A DNA stretch of 64,000 nucleotides from Candidatus Saccharimonadota bacterium (GTDB lineage: Bacteria > Patescibacteriota > Saccharimonadia > Saccharimonadales > JACOTW01). The position numbers and the translations under genes were made by a program. Location: the NCBI GenBank assembly GCA_016178135.1, contig JACOTW010000002.1, forward strand, positions 13,043 through 77,042. Direction: 5' to 3'. Below, piece by piece: positions 46,933 to 55,463 of this stretch; the first letter of the stretch is position 1, and each line of letters begins with the position of its first letter. A model generated the notes under the pieces. That model made no database searches, was not told the DNA's origin, and saw only the letters and a list, made by a program, of their open reading frames with translations.

Positions 46933-48741
46933 ATGAGCATCTTATCGGCTGCTATCCAGAAACAGGTTGAAGAAAAGCTTATTAATGACGGTTTGATTAC
47001 CAAGGCCAAATTTAATGACCTTAAAGCCAAAGCGGATGCTGATCATGTACCCGTACTGGGCCTCCTGATTAAGGATGGACAAGTATCTAACGAAGTGCTG
47101 ACTAAAACAGTATCACACATTACCAAAGTACCTTACGTGAATCTGTCTAATGCCAAGATTGACCAAAATATTCTGCAACTTTTGCCACAAGCTCTAGCCG
47201 AGCGTTATATGTCCGTGCCACTCGGGGAAATGCATAATCGTTTAGTGGTAGCCATGCTGGATGCCGGTAATGTTCAGGCTGTGGATTTTCTGTCCAATAA
47301 GATTGGTCGTCCGCTCAAGGTTTATGCTGCCAGCGAAGAAGGCATCAGAAATGTTATAAAACAATATAACTTTTCACTAGACAAGGGAATACCAGGCTCC
47401 TTGACTAAACAGGCAGATACCGAAGCGCAAGCTCTGGAATTAGAAAAATCTAATCTTAAGCCGACTGATAAAACCCAAAATATTAAAGATATTGTTCAGG
47501 ATTCTCCGATTAGTAAGGCTTTGACGACTATTCTTGAGTATTCTGCCAATAACCGAGCTAGTGATATTCATATTGAACCGCTGGAAAAAGAATTGAGAAT
47601 TCGTTGCCGTATCGATGGAGTGCTGCGTGAAATTATGAAGTTACCCAAAAGCACTGAACCGGCTTTGATATCTCGCATCAAGATTCTATCTAATTTAAAA
47701 ATTGACGAACACCGCATTCCTCAAGATGGTACTTTTACCGTTCAGGTGGGAGAAAAGAGCATTGATCTGCGTATAGCGATTTCTCCGGTAGTGTGGGGTG
47801 AGCAGGTAGTTATAAGATTGCTTGATAAGTCTGGGACCAGTCTCAAGCTCGAGGATATGGGATATGCTGGACGAGCATTACATACTATCCGTAAAGGGTT
47901 AAAAGAGTCTAATGGTTTGATTTTGACTTCTGGGCCGACTGGTTCCGGCAAATCTACCTCTATGTACGCGCTTATTCAGGAGATAAAAAACGACAGCATT
48001 AATATTGTTACGCTGGAAGATCCGGTTGAGTATAAGGTAGATGGGGTTAATCAGATACAGGTTAACAGCGATGTTGGTCTGACATTTGCCGCGGGTTTGC
48101 GCTCTATACTGCGTCAAGACCCTAATGTTGTCATGGTCGGGGAAATTCGTGATAAAGAAACTGCTACTCTGGCTGTCCAAGCGGCCCTTACTGGGCACTT
48201 GGTGTTTTCAACCCTGCATACCAATTCAGCTGCTGGTATTTTGCCACGTTTGCTGGATATGGGCATTGAGCCATTCTTGATTGCTAGCACAGTCCATACG
48301 GTTATTGGTCAGCGTTTAGTCCGGCGTATTGCCGGAGAAGACAAAGAAACTCGCCAATCTGACAAGCCGGAAACAGAAGCCATTCGCCAAACAGTCGATC
48401 ATATATTACCGGAAAAATCAGGAGACGTTAAGGCGGTGGCCATAGATCTTGGCTACGAGGACTTGCCGTTGAGGGGGCAAAACGCTTATACTTTATATCA
48501 GGGCAAAGATAGTCCCGATACGCCCGGCGGTTATAAGGGAAGAATGGGGCTGTATGAGGTCTTTGAGATAACGGACACGATTCAAGATCTGATTCTCAAA
48601 CGATCTACCAGTAGTGAGATCCAAAAAGCCGCCCAAGCCCAGGGTATGGTAACTATGCGGGAAGATGGATACCTCAAGGCTCTTGTCGGTCAAACGACAA
48701 TTGCCGAAGTTAATCGGGTGGCTTCTGTCGATAGCGCGTAA
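46933..48741 (+). CDS. pilB: type IV pilus assembly ATPase PilB (GspE family)
   Basis: An N-terminal T2SE_N-type domain is present. Walker A is GPTGSGKST, with an Asp box, Walker B (VVMVGEIRD) and a His box (TGHLVFSTLHTN). Confidence 0.9.
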   Translation: MSILSAAIQKQVEEKLINDGLITKAKFNDLKAKADADHVPVLGLLIKDGQVSNEVLTKTVSHITKVPYVNLSNAKIDQNILQLLPQALAERYMSVPLGEMHNRLVVAMLDAGNVQAVDFLSNKIGRPLKVYAASEEGIRNVIKQYNFSLDKGIPGSLTKQADTEAQALELEKSNLKPTDKTQNIKDIVQDSPISKALTTILEYSANNRASDIHIEPLEKELRIRCRIDGVLREIMKLPKSTEPALISRIKILSNLKIDEHRIPQDGTFTVQVGEKSIDLRIAISPVVWGEQVVIRLLDKSGTSLKLEDMGYAGRALHTIRKGLKESNGLILTSGPTGSGKSTSMYALIQEIKNDSINIVTLEDPVEYKVDGVNQIQVNSDVGLTFAAGLRSILRQDPNVVMVGEIRDKETATLAVQAALTGHLVFSTLHTNSAAGILPRLLDMGIEPFLIASTVHTVIGQRLVRRIAGEDKETRQSDKPETEAIRQTVDHILPEKSGDVKAVAIDLGYEDLPLRGQNAYTLYQGKDSPDTPGGYKGRMGLYEVFEITDTIQDLILKRSTSSEIQKAAQAQGMVTMREDGYLKALVGQTTIAEVNRVASVDSA

Positions 48742-48764
48742 AACTAATAAGGATGGGAAATTAT

Positions 48765-49832
48765 ATGCAGGGACAACCAAGAATCGAAGTACTACTGGAA
48801 GAAGTCATCAAGCGTAAGGCTTCTGATTTGCACTTGCAAGTTGGATTGCCGCCTATGTTGCGCGTTGATGGGGCTTTAATAGCGGTAACTGGATCAGATG
48901 TATTAGATGAAGAAGGGGTTGAATTATTAATTTTTGCCGTACTGGATGAAGACCAGAAACAGATTCTATTGAAAGATAAAGAGTTTGATTTTAGTTTTGC
49001 TTTTGGTGATCTTGGTCGTTTTCGAGTAAACGCCTTCCATGAACGCGGCAATCTTGCGGCCGCCTTGCGCCTTATTCCGAATGAAATTTTAACTATCGAA
49101 CAACTTGGGCTACCACCAGTTGTCAATAAGTTTGCTGATTATCCGCGTGGCTTGGTGCTGATTACTGGGCCGACCGGTTCCGGCAAATCTACCACACTGG
49201 CCGCCTTAATACACAAGATTAATACAGAGCGAGCCGCGCATATTATCACCATTGAAGACCCAATTGAGTTTACCCATAAATATAGTAAATCCGTGATCGT
49301 ACAAAGAGAAGTGCACTATGATACCTATTCTTTTTCTGCCGCTTTGAGGAGTAGTTTGCGCGAAGATCCGGATGTTGTGATGATTGGTGAAATGCGCGAT
49401 CTAGAAACTATAGCCGCGGCTATTACGATTGCCGAAACTGGACATCTGGTCTTTGCCACTTTGCACACCAACTCTGCCGCTCAAAGCATTGACCGTATGA
49501 TTGACGTTTTTCCACCACATCAACAGCCCCAGATTCGTGCCCAATTGTCTAATATTCTGATGGTTATCTGTTCACAGCGTCTAGTGCCAGCCATAGGTGG
49601 TGGTCGATTAGCGGCTGCCGAAATTCTTATTGCTACTCCGGCTGTGCGTAATATTATTCGAGAAGGCAAGAGCCATCAACTTGAGGCAGTGATCCAAACC
49701 GGCGCGGAACACGGCATGCAATCCATGGACAAGACGCTGGCCAACATGATTCATAATGGTAGCATTAGTTATGAAGAAGCTCGCATGGTTGCTGTAGACT
49801 TAAAAGAACTTGATCGTTTAATGAGGGGCTAA
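48765..49832 (+). CDS. pilT: twitching motility ATPase PilT
   Basis: ASDLHLQVGLPPMLRVDG, GPTGSGKSTT and ETGHLVFATLHTNSA are present. About 355 aa. Confidence 0.9.
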   Translation: MQGQPRIEVLLEEVIKRKASDLHLQVGLPPMLRVDGALIAVTGSDVLDEEGVELLIFAVLDEDQKQILLKDKEFDFSFAFGDLGRFRVNAFHERGNLAAALRLIPNEILTIEQLGLPPVVNKFADYPRGLVLITGPTGSGKSTTLAALIHKINTERAAHIITIEDPIEFTHKYSKSVIVQREVHYDTYSFSAALRSSLREDPDVVMIGEMRDLETIAAAITIAETGHLVFATLHTNSAAQSIDRMIDVFPPHQQPQIRAQLSNILMVICSQRLVPAIGGGRLAAAEILIATPAVRNIIREGKSHQLEAVIQTGAEHGMQSMDKTLANMIHNGSISYEEARMVAVDLKELDRLMRG

Positions 49833-49842
49833 AAAATGAGTA

Positions 49843-50040
49843 TACTGGACTTACGCAAAATCACCCGTTCCCAGGCTAAACTGGACTTACGCAAAATCGT
49901 CCGTTCCCAGAGTGAATTATTTCGAGCGAAAACTGTTTTATCTGAAGGAGAGGTAGCCTTAGCTACATCGAAAGAAGGCAGACCGCTACCAGCCGAGATG
50001 AATTGGTCTTGGGATGGGGGAGCTTTGCGTAAGTCCAGTA
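49843..50040 (+). repeat. Type B palindromic element, copy 6 (duplicated left terminus, mosaic)
   Basis: TACTGGACTTACGCAAAATCACCCGTTCCCAGGCTAAAC is followed at once by a second TGGACTTACGCAAAATCGTCCGTTCCCAG..., and the copy ends ...GAGCTTTGCGTAAGTCCAGTA. Confidence 0.9.
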
Positions 50041-50086
50041 TACAATTAGTACAATCCATGATTAGCCGGCATATTGGAGCTTCGGT

Positions 50087-51307
50087 ATGTTGACCTACAA
50101 ATATATCGCTAAAGATATGACTAGTGGCCAGAAGATCAAGGCCCAGGTTCAGGCTGATAGTGAGCAAGAAGCAGCTAAATTGATTCATGCTCAAGGCTTT
50201 ACTCCACTCAATATTACTTTGGAGGGTGCTGGTGTTGGGAGCATATTTAAGCGTTTTGGTAATCATGTAAAAACCAAAGACAAGGTTTTGTTTTCGCGTC
50301 AATTATCTACGCTTATCAATGCTGGATTGCCAATAATTCAAAGTTTGCGCAGTGTTTTAAGCCAAACACAGAGTAAGCCATTAAAAGCAGTAATTAATCA
50401 AGTAATAACTGATGTAGAAGGCGGTTCGGCGCTTTCCGTGTCTTTAGGGCGGCATCCGGCTGTTTTTAACGATGTTTTCACTAGTCTGATTGCTGCCGGC
50501 GAGGTTTCTGGTACGCTGGATGCCGCGTTGGATCGGCTTGCTATTCAGCAAGAAAAAGACGCTGAAGTAATCAGTAAAGTTCGTGGCGCCATGATTTATC
50601 CAATCATTGTCGTTATTGTTATGATGGGCGTTGTTGGTTTTATGGTTGTTACGGTCTTGCCGCAAGTGGAGATTTTATATGACGGCTTACCGGGCTCTAA
50701 ATTGCCGTTTGTTACGGTGGCTCTCTTGGCGCTGTCGCATTTTGTCATAAAATTTTGGTGGCTTGTTCTCGTGTCGTTGGTTGTATTCGTACTTTTCACG
50801 ACGCGCTGGGCCAGGACATTGGCGGGTAAGCGAGTATTTGATAAGCTCAAAATGAAAAGCTGGCCAATCGGCCCATTGTTCATGAAACTTTATATGGCGC
50901 GTTTTGCCCGAACCGGCACTACACTGGTATCCAGTGGCGTACCACTGATACAAATGCTGGAAATAACATCTGACGCTATAGACAACGTTCATATTGCAGA
51001 ATCAATCAAGGCGGCCATAGAAAAGGTCAAGGGCGGTAAAGCGCTATCGACTGCTCTTGAAAATGATCCTAACTTTTTAGAACTGGTACCGAATATGTTA
51101 AAAATTGGTGAACAATCAGGTTCTATAGAGCAAATGCTAGCCAAAACAGCCGACTATTACGAAAAAGAGGTAGACAACCAAATCAAAGCCATATCAACCA
51201 TTATCGAACCAGTCATGATGGTATTGATAGGTGGTATGGCGTTTATCATTGTAGCGGCCGTATTGTTGCCAATTTATGGCCTGGCTGGCCAAAATATCAT
51301 CAAATAG
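50087..51307 (+). CDS. pilC: type IV pilus platform protein PilC (GspF family)
   Basis: 406 aa with two GspF repeats (FSRQLSTLINAGLPIIQSL / FARTGTTLVSSGVPLIQML) and three TM regions. Confidence 0.9.
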   Translation: MLTYKYIAKDMTSGQKIKAQVQADSEQEAAKLIHAQGFTPLNITLEGAGVGSIFKRFGNHVKTKDKVLFSRQLSTLINAGLPIIQSLRSVLSQTQSKPLKAVINQVITDVEGGSALSVSLGRHPAVFNDVFTSLIAAGEVSGTLDAALDRLAIQQEKDAEVISKVRGAMIYPIIVVIVMMGVVGFMVVTVLPQVEILYDGLPGSKLPFVTVALLALSHFVIKFWWLVLVSLVVFVLFTTRWARTLAGKRVFDKLKMKSWPIGPLFMKLYMARFARTGTTLVSSGVPLIQMLEITSDAIDNVHIAESIKAAIEKVKGGKALSTALENDPNFLELVPNMLKIGEQSGSIEQMLAKTADYYEKEVDNQIKAISTIIEPVMMVLIGGMAFIIVAAVLLPIYGLAGQNIIK

Positions 51308-51490
51308 ACCTCTTTTGTAATCATCAGCTCACTTCTGAAACTCGCGATATTTTTTAACTACCCGGAGAGTTATTCACAGGTTCTTAGGTGTTTTAGCTAT
51401 AAAGTTAGAAAAATGCTTGTGCTTTTTGAAAAAAGTTCGTAAAATTAGGCTAGTAATATTAATAATCATATTCTAAGGGGGCATTTGTTT

Positions 51491-51955
51491 ATGTATACAA
51501 AACTAAAACAACGAGAAGAAGGCTTTTCTATCATAGAAGTCTTGATAGTACTGGCTATTGCTGGACTTATCATGTTGATTGTGTTCTTGGCCGTTCCGGC
51601 CCTGCAACGTAACAGTCGAAACACTCAAAGGCGTAGTCAGGTAGCCGGTTATCTGGGCGCGACTACCGAGTTCATGTCAAACAACAATGGCGCATTGCCA
51701 ACTACGGTTGCTCATGCAACAACCATTAATGGTCTTGCTGCTGACAGTATCATGACAGAGCCTACCGTCGCTCCAGCTGTTGGTGCTCAAGCTGGCGTTA
51801 TCTCTAACAATGGTCCATTTCAACTGGTTACTGCCGCAAAGTGCGATACAGCAACTATAGGTAACACTATAGCTGGTCCAGCCAGAGCTGTTGCTCTTCG
51901 CTTCGCAACCGAAAACTCCACTGGTGGTAACGTACCACAGTGCCAAGAAGGTTAA
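51491..51955 (+). CDS. pilA: type IV pilin (major pilin candidate)
   Basis: The prepilin leader and cleavage/methylation motif is KQREEG|FSIIEVLIVLAIAGLIMLIVF, with Glu at +5. A strong terminator follows. Confidence 0.85.
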   Translation: MYTKLKQREEGFSIIEVLIVLAIAGLIMLIVFLAVPALQRNSRNTQRRSQVAGYLGATTEFMSNNNGALPTTVAHATTINGLAADSIMTEPTVAPAVGAQAGVISNNGPFQLVTAAKCDTATIGNTIAGPARAVALRFATENSTGGNVPQCQEG

Positions 51956-51977
51956 ATCTTAGCCCGCGATAATATAA

Positions 51978-52010
51978 ATAGCGACTCCGAAAGGAGTCGC
52001 TATTTATTAT
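51978..52010 (+). terminator. Rho-independent terminator after pilA
   Basis: ATAGCGACTCC-GAAA-GGAGTCGCTAT is followed by TTATTATT. Confidence 0.8.
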
Positions 52011-52052
52011 TGCCTAAACCGTACATATAAATATATGTTAATATAACTTCTA

Positions 52053-53042
52053 ATGATTAACGGTATAATTATAGTTTTTGTTGGATTGGTTTTGGGTAGT
52101 TTTGTCAACGCGTTGGTTTGGCGGCTACATCTACTGGCCTTACGCAAAGCTCCCTCATCCCCAGACCGACTAACCTCGGCTACAAACAGTTTTTCCTCTC
52201 TCGATGTACCTTCAGGTACCTCTCCTTCGGATAAAACTGTTTTCGCTCGAGCTGATTCGCTCTGGGAACGAGGGATTTTGCGTAAATCCAGCCTACAATC
52301 CACCAAACATCCAAAAAAACCTGATAATAAAAAATATTCGATTGTTAGTGGGCGTAGCATGTGTCCAGATTGCCGACACCAGTTGGCCTGGTATGATTTG
52401 ATCCCAGTCATTAGTTGGCTAGGTCTTCGGGGGCGCTGTCGCTATTGCCATAGACCAATAAGTTGGCAGTATCCATTAGTGGAAATACTAACTGCTGTAA
52501 CTTTTATCACATCGTATGTTTATTGGCCTTACTCTTGGTCTGCTATTGGTATTACGTTATTTATTGTTTGGATCGTGTCGCTTATCAGTTTCATGGCGCT
52601 TGCCGTCTATGATTTGCGTTGGTTTATTTTGCCGGATAAAATTGTATTTCCTTTAGTCGGACTTGCGGCCATCCAGATCATCATGCGGACTGTATTATAT
52701 GGCGAAATAAGTCCTATACTAGGTGGTCTAATAGGTGTTGTTACGCTTGCTGGTTTATTTTATGCACTGTTCCAATTCTCAAAAGGACAGTGGATTGGTG
52801 GAGGAGATGTAAAGCTGGCAGTAGCTCTAGGTATGTTGGCAGGCGGAGCGGCCGAGAGCGTGTTACTGCTATTTTTAGCATCGTTAATTGGTACTTTGGT
52901 GAGTTTACCACTTCTGTTAAGTAAGAAACTAAAAAAGAATAGCCGGATTCCATTCGGCCCCTTACTTCTTATGGCTACCTTTATCGTCTATATTTTTGGG
53001 TCTGACATCATTAATTGGCTTAAGCTGTATTATTTTTATTAG
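52053..53042 (+). CDS. pilD: prepilin peptidase (A24 family) carrying an in-frame type B element
   Basis: LGSFVNALVWRL...CPDCRHQLAWYDLIPVISWL...CRYC forms a zinc-finger-like region. GGGDVKL is an active-site Asp motif. About 53 codons (52132-52291) are element-derived. Confidence 0.85.
   Translation: MINGIIIVFVGLVLGSFVNALVWRLHLLALRKAPSSPDRLTSATNSFSSLDVPSGTSPSDKTVFARADSLWERGILRKSSLQSTKHPKKPDNKKYSIVSGRSMCPDCRHQLAWYDLIPVISWLGLRGRCRYCHRPISWQYPLVEILTAVTFITSYVYWPYSWSAIGITLFIVWIVSLISFMALAVYDLRWFILPDKIVFPLVGLAAIQIIMRTVLYGEISPILGGLIGVVTLAGLFYALFQFSKGQWIGGGDVKLAVALGMLAGGAAESVLLLFLASLIGTLVSLPLLLSKKLKKNSRIPFGPLLLMATFIVYIFGSDIINWLKLYYFY
52132..52291 (-). repeat. Type B palindromic element, copy 7 (inside pilD, in frame)
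   Basis: Runs TACTGGCCTTACGCAAAGCTCCCTCATCCCCAGACC...GAGGGATTTTGCGTAAATCCAG. It translates as LLALRKAPSSPDRL...WERGILRKSS. Confidence 0.9.
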
Positions 53043-53047
53043 ATAGA

Positions 53048-53140
53048 ATTTTCGCACTTTTTCATCACCCCAGATCATACTTGAACGGCCATAAACATTA
53101 CTCAAAATTTGGTCATTTTGTTTTGGGATGGCTATACATA
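53048..53140 (+). repeat. Family C repeat, immediately 3' of the pilD stop
   Basis: Runs TTTTCGCACTTTTTCATCACCCCAGATCATACTTGAACGGCCATAAAC...TTTGGTCATTTTGTTTTGGGATGGCTATACA. Related copies lie at 8165, 60471 and 61651. Confidence 0.7.
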
Positions 53141-53179
53141 GTCCTTATGTTATAATTCGAGTGGACATGGATATCTATT

Positions 53180-54289
53180 ATGGACAGTCATAAACAGCCA
53201 CAAGCATCCCATAGATCTTATAGTCAGGGCAGTTTACTCGACTCACCCAAAATCGCCCGTTCCCGGAGTGAATTATCTCGAGCGAAAACTGTTTTATCTG
53301 AAAGAGGGGTACCTGAAGGTACATCGAGAGAGGAAAAACTGTTTGTAGCCGAGGTTAGTCGATCTGGCGATGGAGGAGTTTTGGGTAAGTCGAGTATAGG
53401 CTATACGATTGTTGAAGTTATGATTTTTCTGGCTATTTCCAGTGCCATACTTGTTAGTGCTTTATTGTTGGTAGGTGGGCAACAACAAAAAACGCAGTTC
53501 ACCCAATCTTTAAGAGATATTGATTCTCATATTCGTGACGTAATGAATGACGTGTCAGCTGGTATTTATAGTAATACTGGCAATTTTCAGTGCCTGGCAG
53601 ATAATGCCGGCAGTGCTCCAGTTATATCGGCTGGTGCCGATAAACAAGGAGCAAATGTCAGCTGTATTTACATCGGTAAGGTTTTACAGTTTGGACCGGC
53701 TTCCAGTCCAGAGGATTTCAATGTGTTTAGTGTTGCCGGCCGTCAATTTCGAGGCGCGCCAATTGCCTCAAAGTTAGTTTCAGATATAACAGAGTCTAAG
53801 CCAGTGCCAATAGCGCCGAATATCGCTCATCTTGCCATGATTGGTCCAGGATTAGATGCTACAGATTACAATAAACTCGATTACGGACTTACTATAAAAG
53901 ACAATAGTGATGGGGCTCATCCGGGCTTAAGTTATGATAATGGTAGTGGCCCGCAGGCCATAGGGGCATTTGGCTTTTTTTCTAACTTTGTTACTTATCC
54001 TGACGGTAGTGCAAGTCCTGAATCAGGTCGACAGTTTACCGATATTTGGGTGATCCCTGCCAGTGCTTATGGCGATGATGCGCGAAATGTTGCCGACGAC
54101 ATCATTGATATTGGTGGTTTAAGCAGTTCAGCTGCTACCTCGTTTAAAAATCCGGCTAAAGGTATTACTTTATGTTTTTTGAGTAGCGGAACAGATCAAT
54201 ATGGCAAAATAACTATCGGTGATAATAATCAAAGACTTGCTACTACGTTGTCAGTAGGTTACAGAGGAGATGGGAGTATTTGTACATGA
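53180..54289 (+). CDS. pilin-like protein (prepilin-type N-terminal domain) with an element-derived leader
   Basis: The mature N-terminus would be G|YTIVEVMIFLAISSAILV. The 72 codons before it are mostly type B element. An alternative TTG start at 53381 is preceded by GGAGGA and would give the leader MGKSSIG. Confidence 0.7.
   Translation: MDSHKQPQASHRSYSQGSLLDSPKIARSRSELSRAKTVLSERGVPEGTSREEKLFVAEVSRSGDGGVLGKSSIGYTIVEVMIFLAISSAILVSALLLVGGQQQKTQFTQSLRDIDSHIRDVMNDVSAGIYSNTGNFQCLADNAGSAPVISAGADKQGANVSCIYIGKVLQFGPASSPEDFNVFSVAGRQFRGAPIASKLVSDITESKPVPIAPNIAHLAMIGPGLDATDYNKLDYGLTIKDNSDGAHPGLSYDNGSGPQAIGAFGFFSNFVTYPDGSASPESGRQFTDIWVIPASAYGDDARNVADDIIDIGGLSSSAATSFKNPAKGITLCFLSSGTDQYGKITIGDNNQRLATTLSVGYRGDGSICT
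53235..53396 (+). repeat. Type B palindromic element, copy 8 (in the 5' part of the pilin-like gene)
   Basis: Runs TACTCGACTCACCCAAAATCGCCCGTTCCCGGAGTG...GATGGAGGAGTTTTGGGTAAGTCGAGTA. Confidence 0.9.
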
Positions 54290-54813
54290 AACTAGCGATG
54301 CGCGGAGATACGATTGTTGAGGTATTGATTGCAATCACTATTATAGGCATTGTTTTAAGTGGTGCTTATGTGGCGGTTAATAGCAGTCTAAATGCCTCAC
54401 AGGACTCTCTAGAAAGAAGTTCGGGTACAAAACTTGCCGAAAGCCAGTTAGAACGCCTAAAAAGCGTATCTGACGACGAGATAACCGCTGCGATCTTTGA
54501 TACTAGCAAGCACCGAGTATTTTGTATGGATACCTCAAACACAAGACAGGACTTTACTACCAAGGCTGTCGGTGATGCTATGCCACCTCCTGACTCTGAT
54601 ATTTTAAGCTCTCCTCCAGGAGGTGATTATCCAGCCAGTTGTATTATAGATAATGCTAACGATGAATATAATGCCGGAAGTCGAGGTATTCAATATTATG
54701 TATCCATTGAACGCGATGAAACTGATCACCACAAATGGATCGCTCGAGCACGTTGGCAGGGTACGGGTATTAAGGGTGTGCAAGAAGCTTCTGTAGCTTA
54801 TAGGGTGTATTGA
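54280..54813 (+). CDS. minor pilin-like protein
   Basis: Leader MYMKLAMRG|DTIVEVLIAITIIGIVLSG with Glu at +5. It overlaps the upstream gene by 10 nt. Confidence 0.7.
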   Translation: MYMKLAMRGDTIVEVLIAITIIGIVLSGAYVAVNSSLNASQDSLERSSGTKLAESQLERLKSVSDDEITAAIFDTSKHRVFCMDTSNTRQDFTTKAVGDAMPPPDSDILSSPPGGDYPASCIIDNANDEYNAGSRGIQYYVSIERDETDHHKWIARARWQGTGIKGVQEASVAYRVY

Positions 54814-54814
54814 T

Positions 54815-55444
54815 ATGAAAAACAAACAAACTGGATTCACGATTATTGAACTACTAATAGCAACACTTGTATTTTCTGTAATATTACTTTTGGCCACAAG
54901 CGGGCTTTTACAGATTGGTCGTTTGTATAATAAGGGAGTTATTAATAGTAGAACCCAAGAAGTGGCCAGAACAATTATGGAAGACATATCCCAGTCCATT
55001 CAGTTTAATGGCGGTAACGTAACTCCTGCTATTATGTCCAGTGGCGTAGCTCCGAATACCTCTACGGGTTTTTGCATTGGCCAACGCCGTTACAGTATGA
55101 TATTAGGCAAGGAGATGGCCGATACTTCTACGAGTCATGGTTTGGTCGCGGACACTATTACTAGTTCATGTACCACAAGTGTAGCCGCTCTGGATCTTTC
55201 ACAGACAAGTCCACCAGGAGCCAATAACCCAAGAGAGTTTCTGGCGCCATTTATGCGTATTGCTTACCTCGATGTTACCTCGTATGGTAATAATCTGTAT
55301 AGAATTAGTCTTAGGCTTGCATATGGTGACGACGATTTGTTAACTAGCTTAACTGGATACACTGCTCAATGTAAAGATGAGGATGGTACTCAATTCTGCT
55401 CAACGGCGGAATTGAGTACAATTATTCAGAAACGTGTAAAATAA
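54815..55444 (+). CDS. minor pilin-like protein
   Basis: MKNKQTG|FTIIELLIATLVFSVILLLA is a canonical prepilin cleavage/methylation motif. Confidence 0.8.
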   Translation: MKNKQTGFTIIELLIATLVFSVILLLATSGLLQIGRLYNKGVINSRTQEVARTIMEDISQSIQFNGGNVTPAIMSSGVAPNTSTGFCIGQRRYSMILGKEMADTSTSHGLVADTITSSCTTSVAALDLSQTSPPGANNPREFLAPFMRIAYLDVTSYGNNLYRISLRLAYGDDDLLTSLTGYTAQCKDEDGTQFCSTAELSTIIQKRVK

Positions 55445-55463
55445 AGGAAGTAGCACTAGCATT

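Noticed and set aside
49829-50302. 157-aa minus-strand ORF between pilT and pilC.
   Set aside because: It consists of the reverse reading of type B copy 6 plus antisense of the pilC 5' end. It is open only because the element has no stops on either strand.
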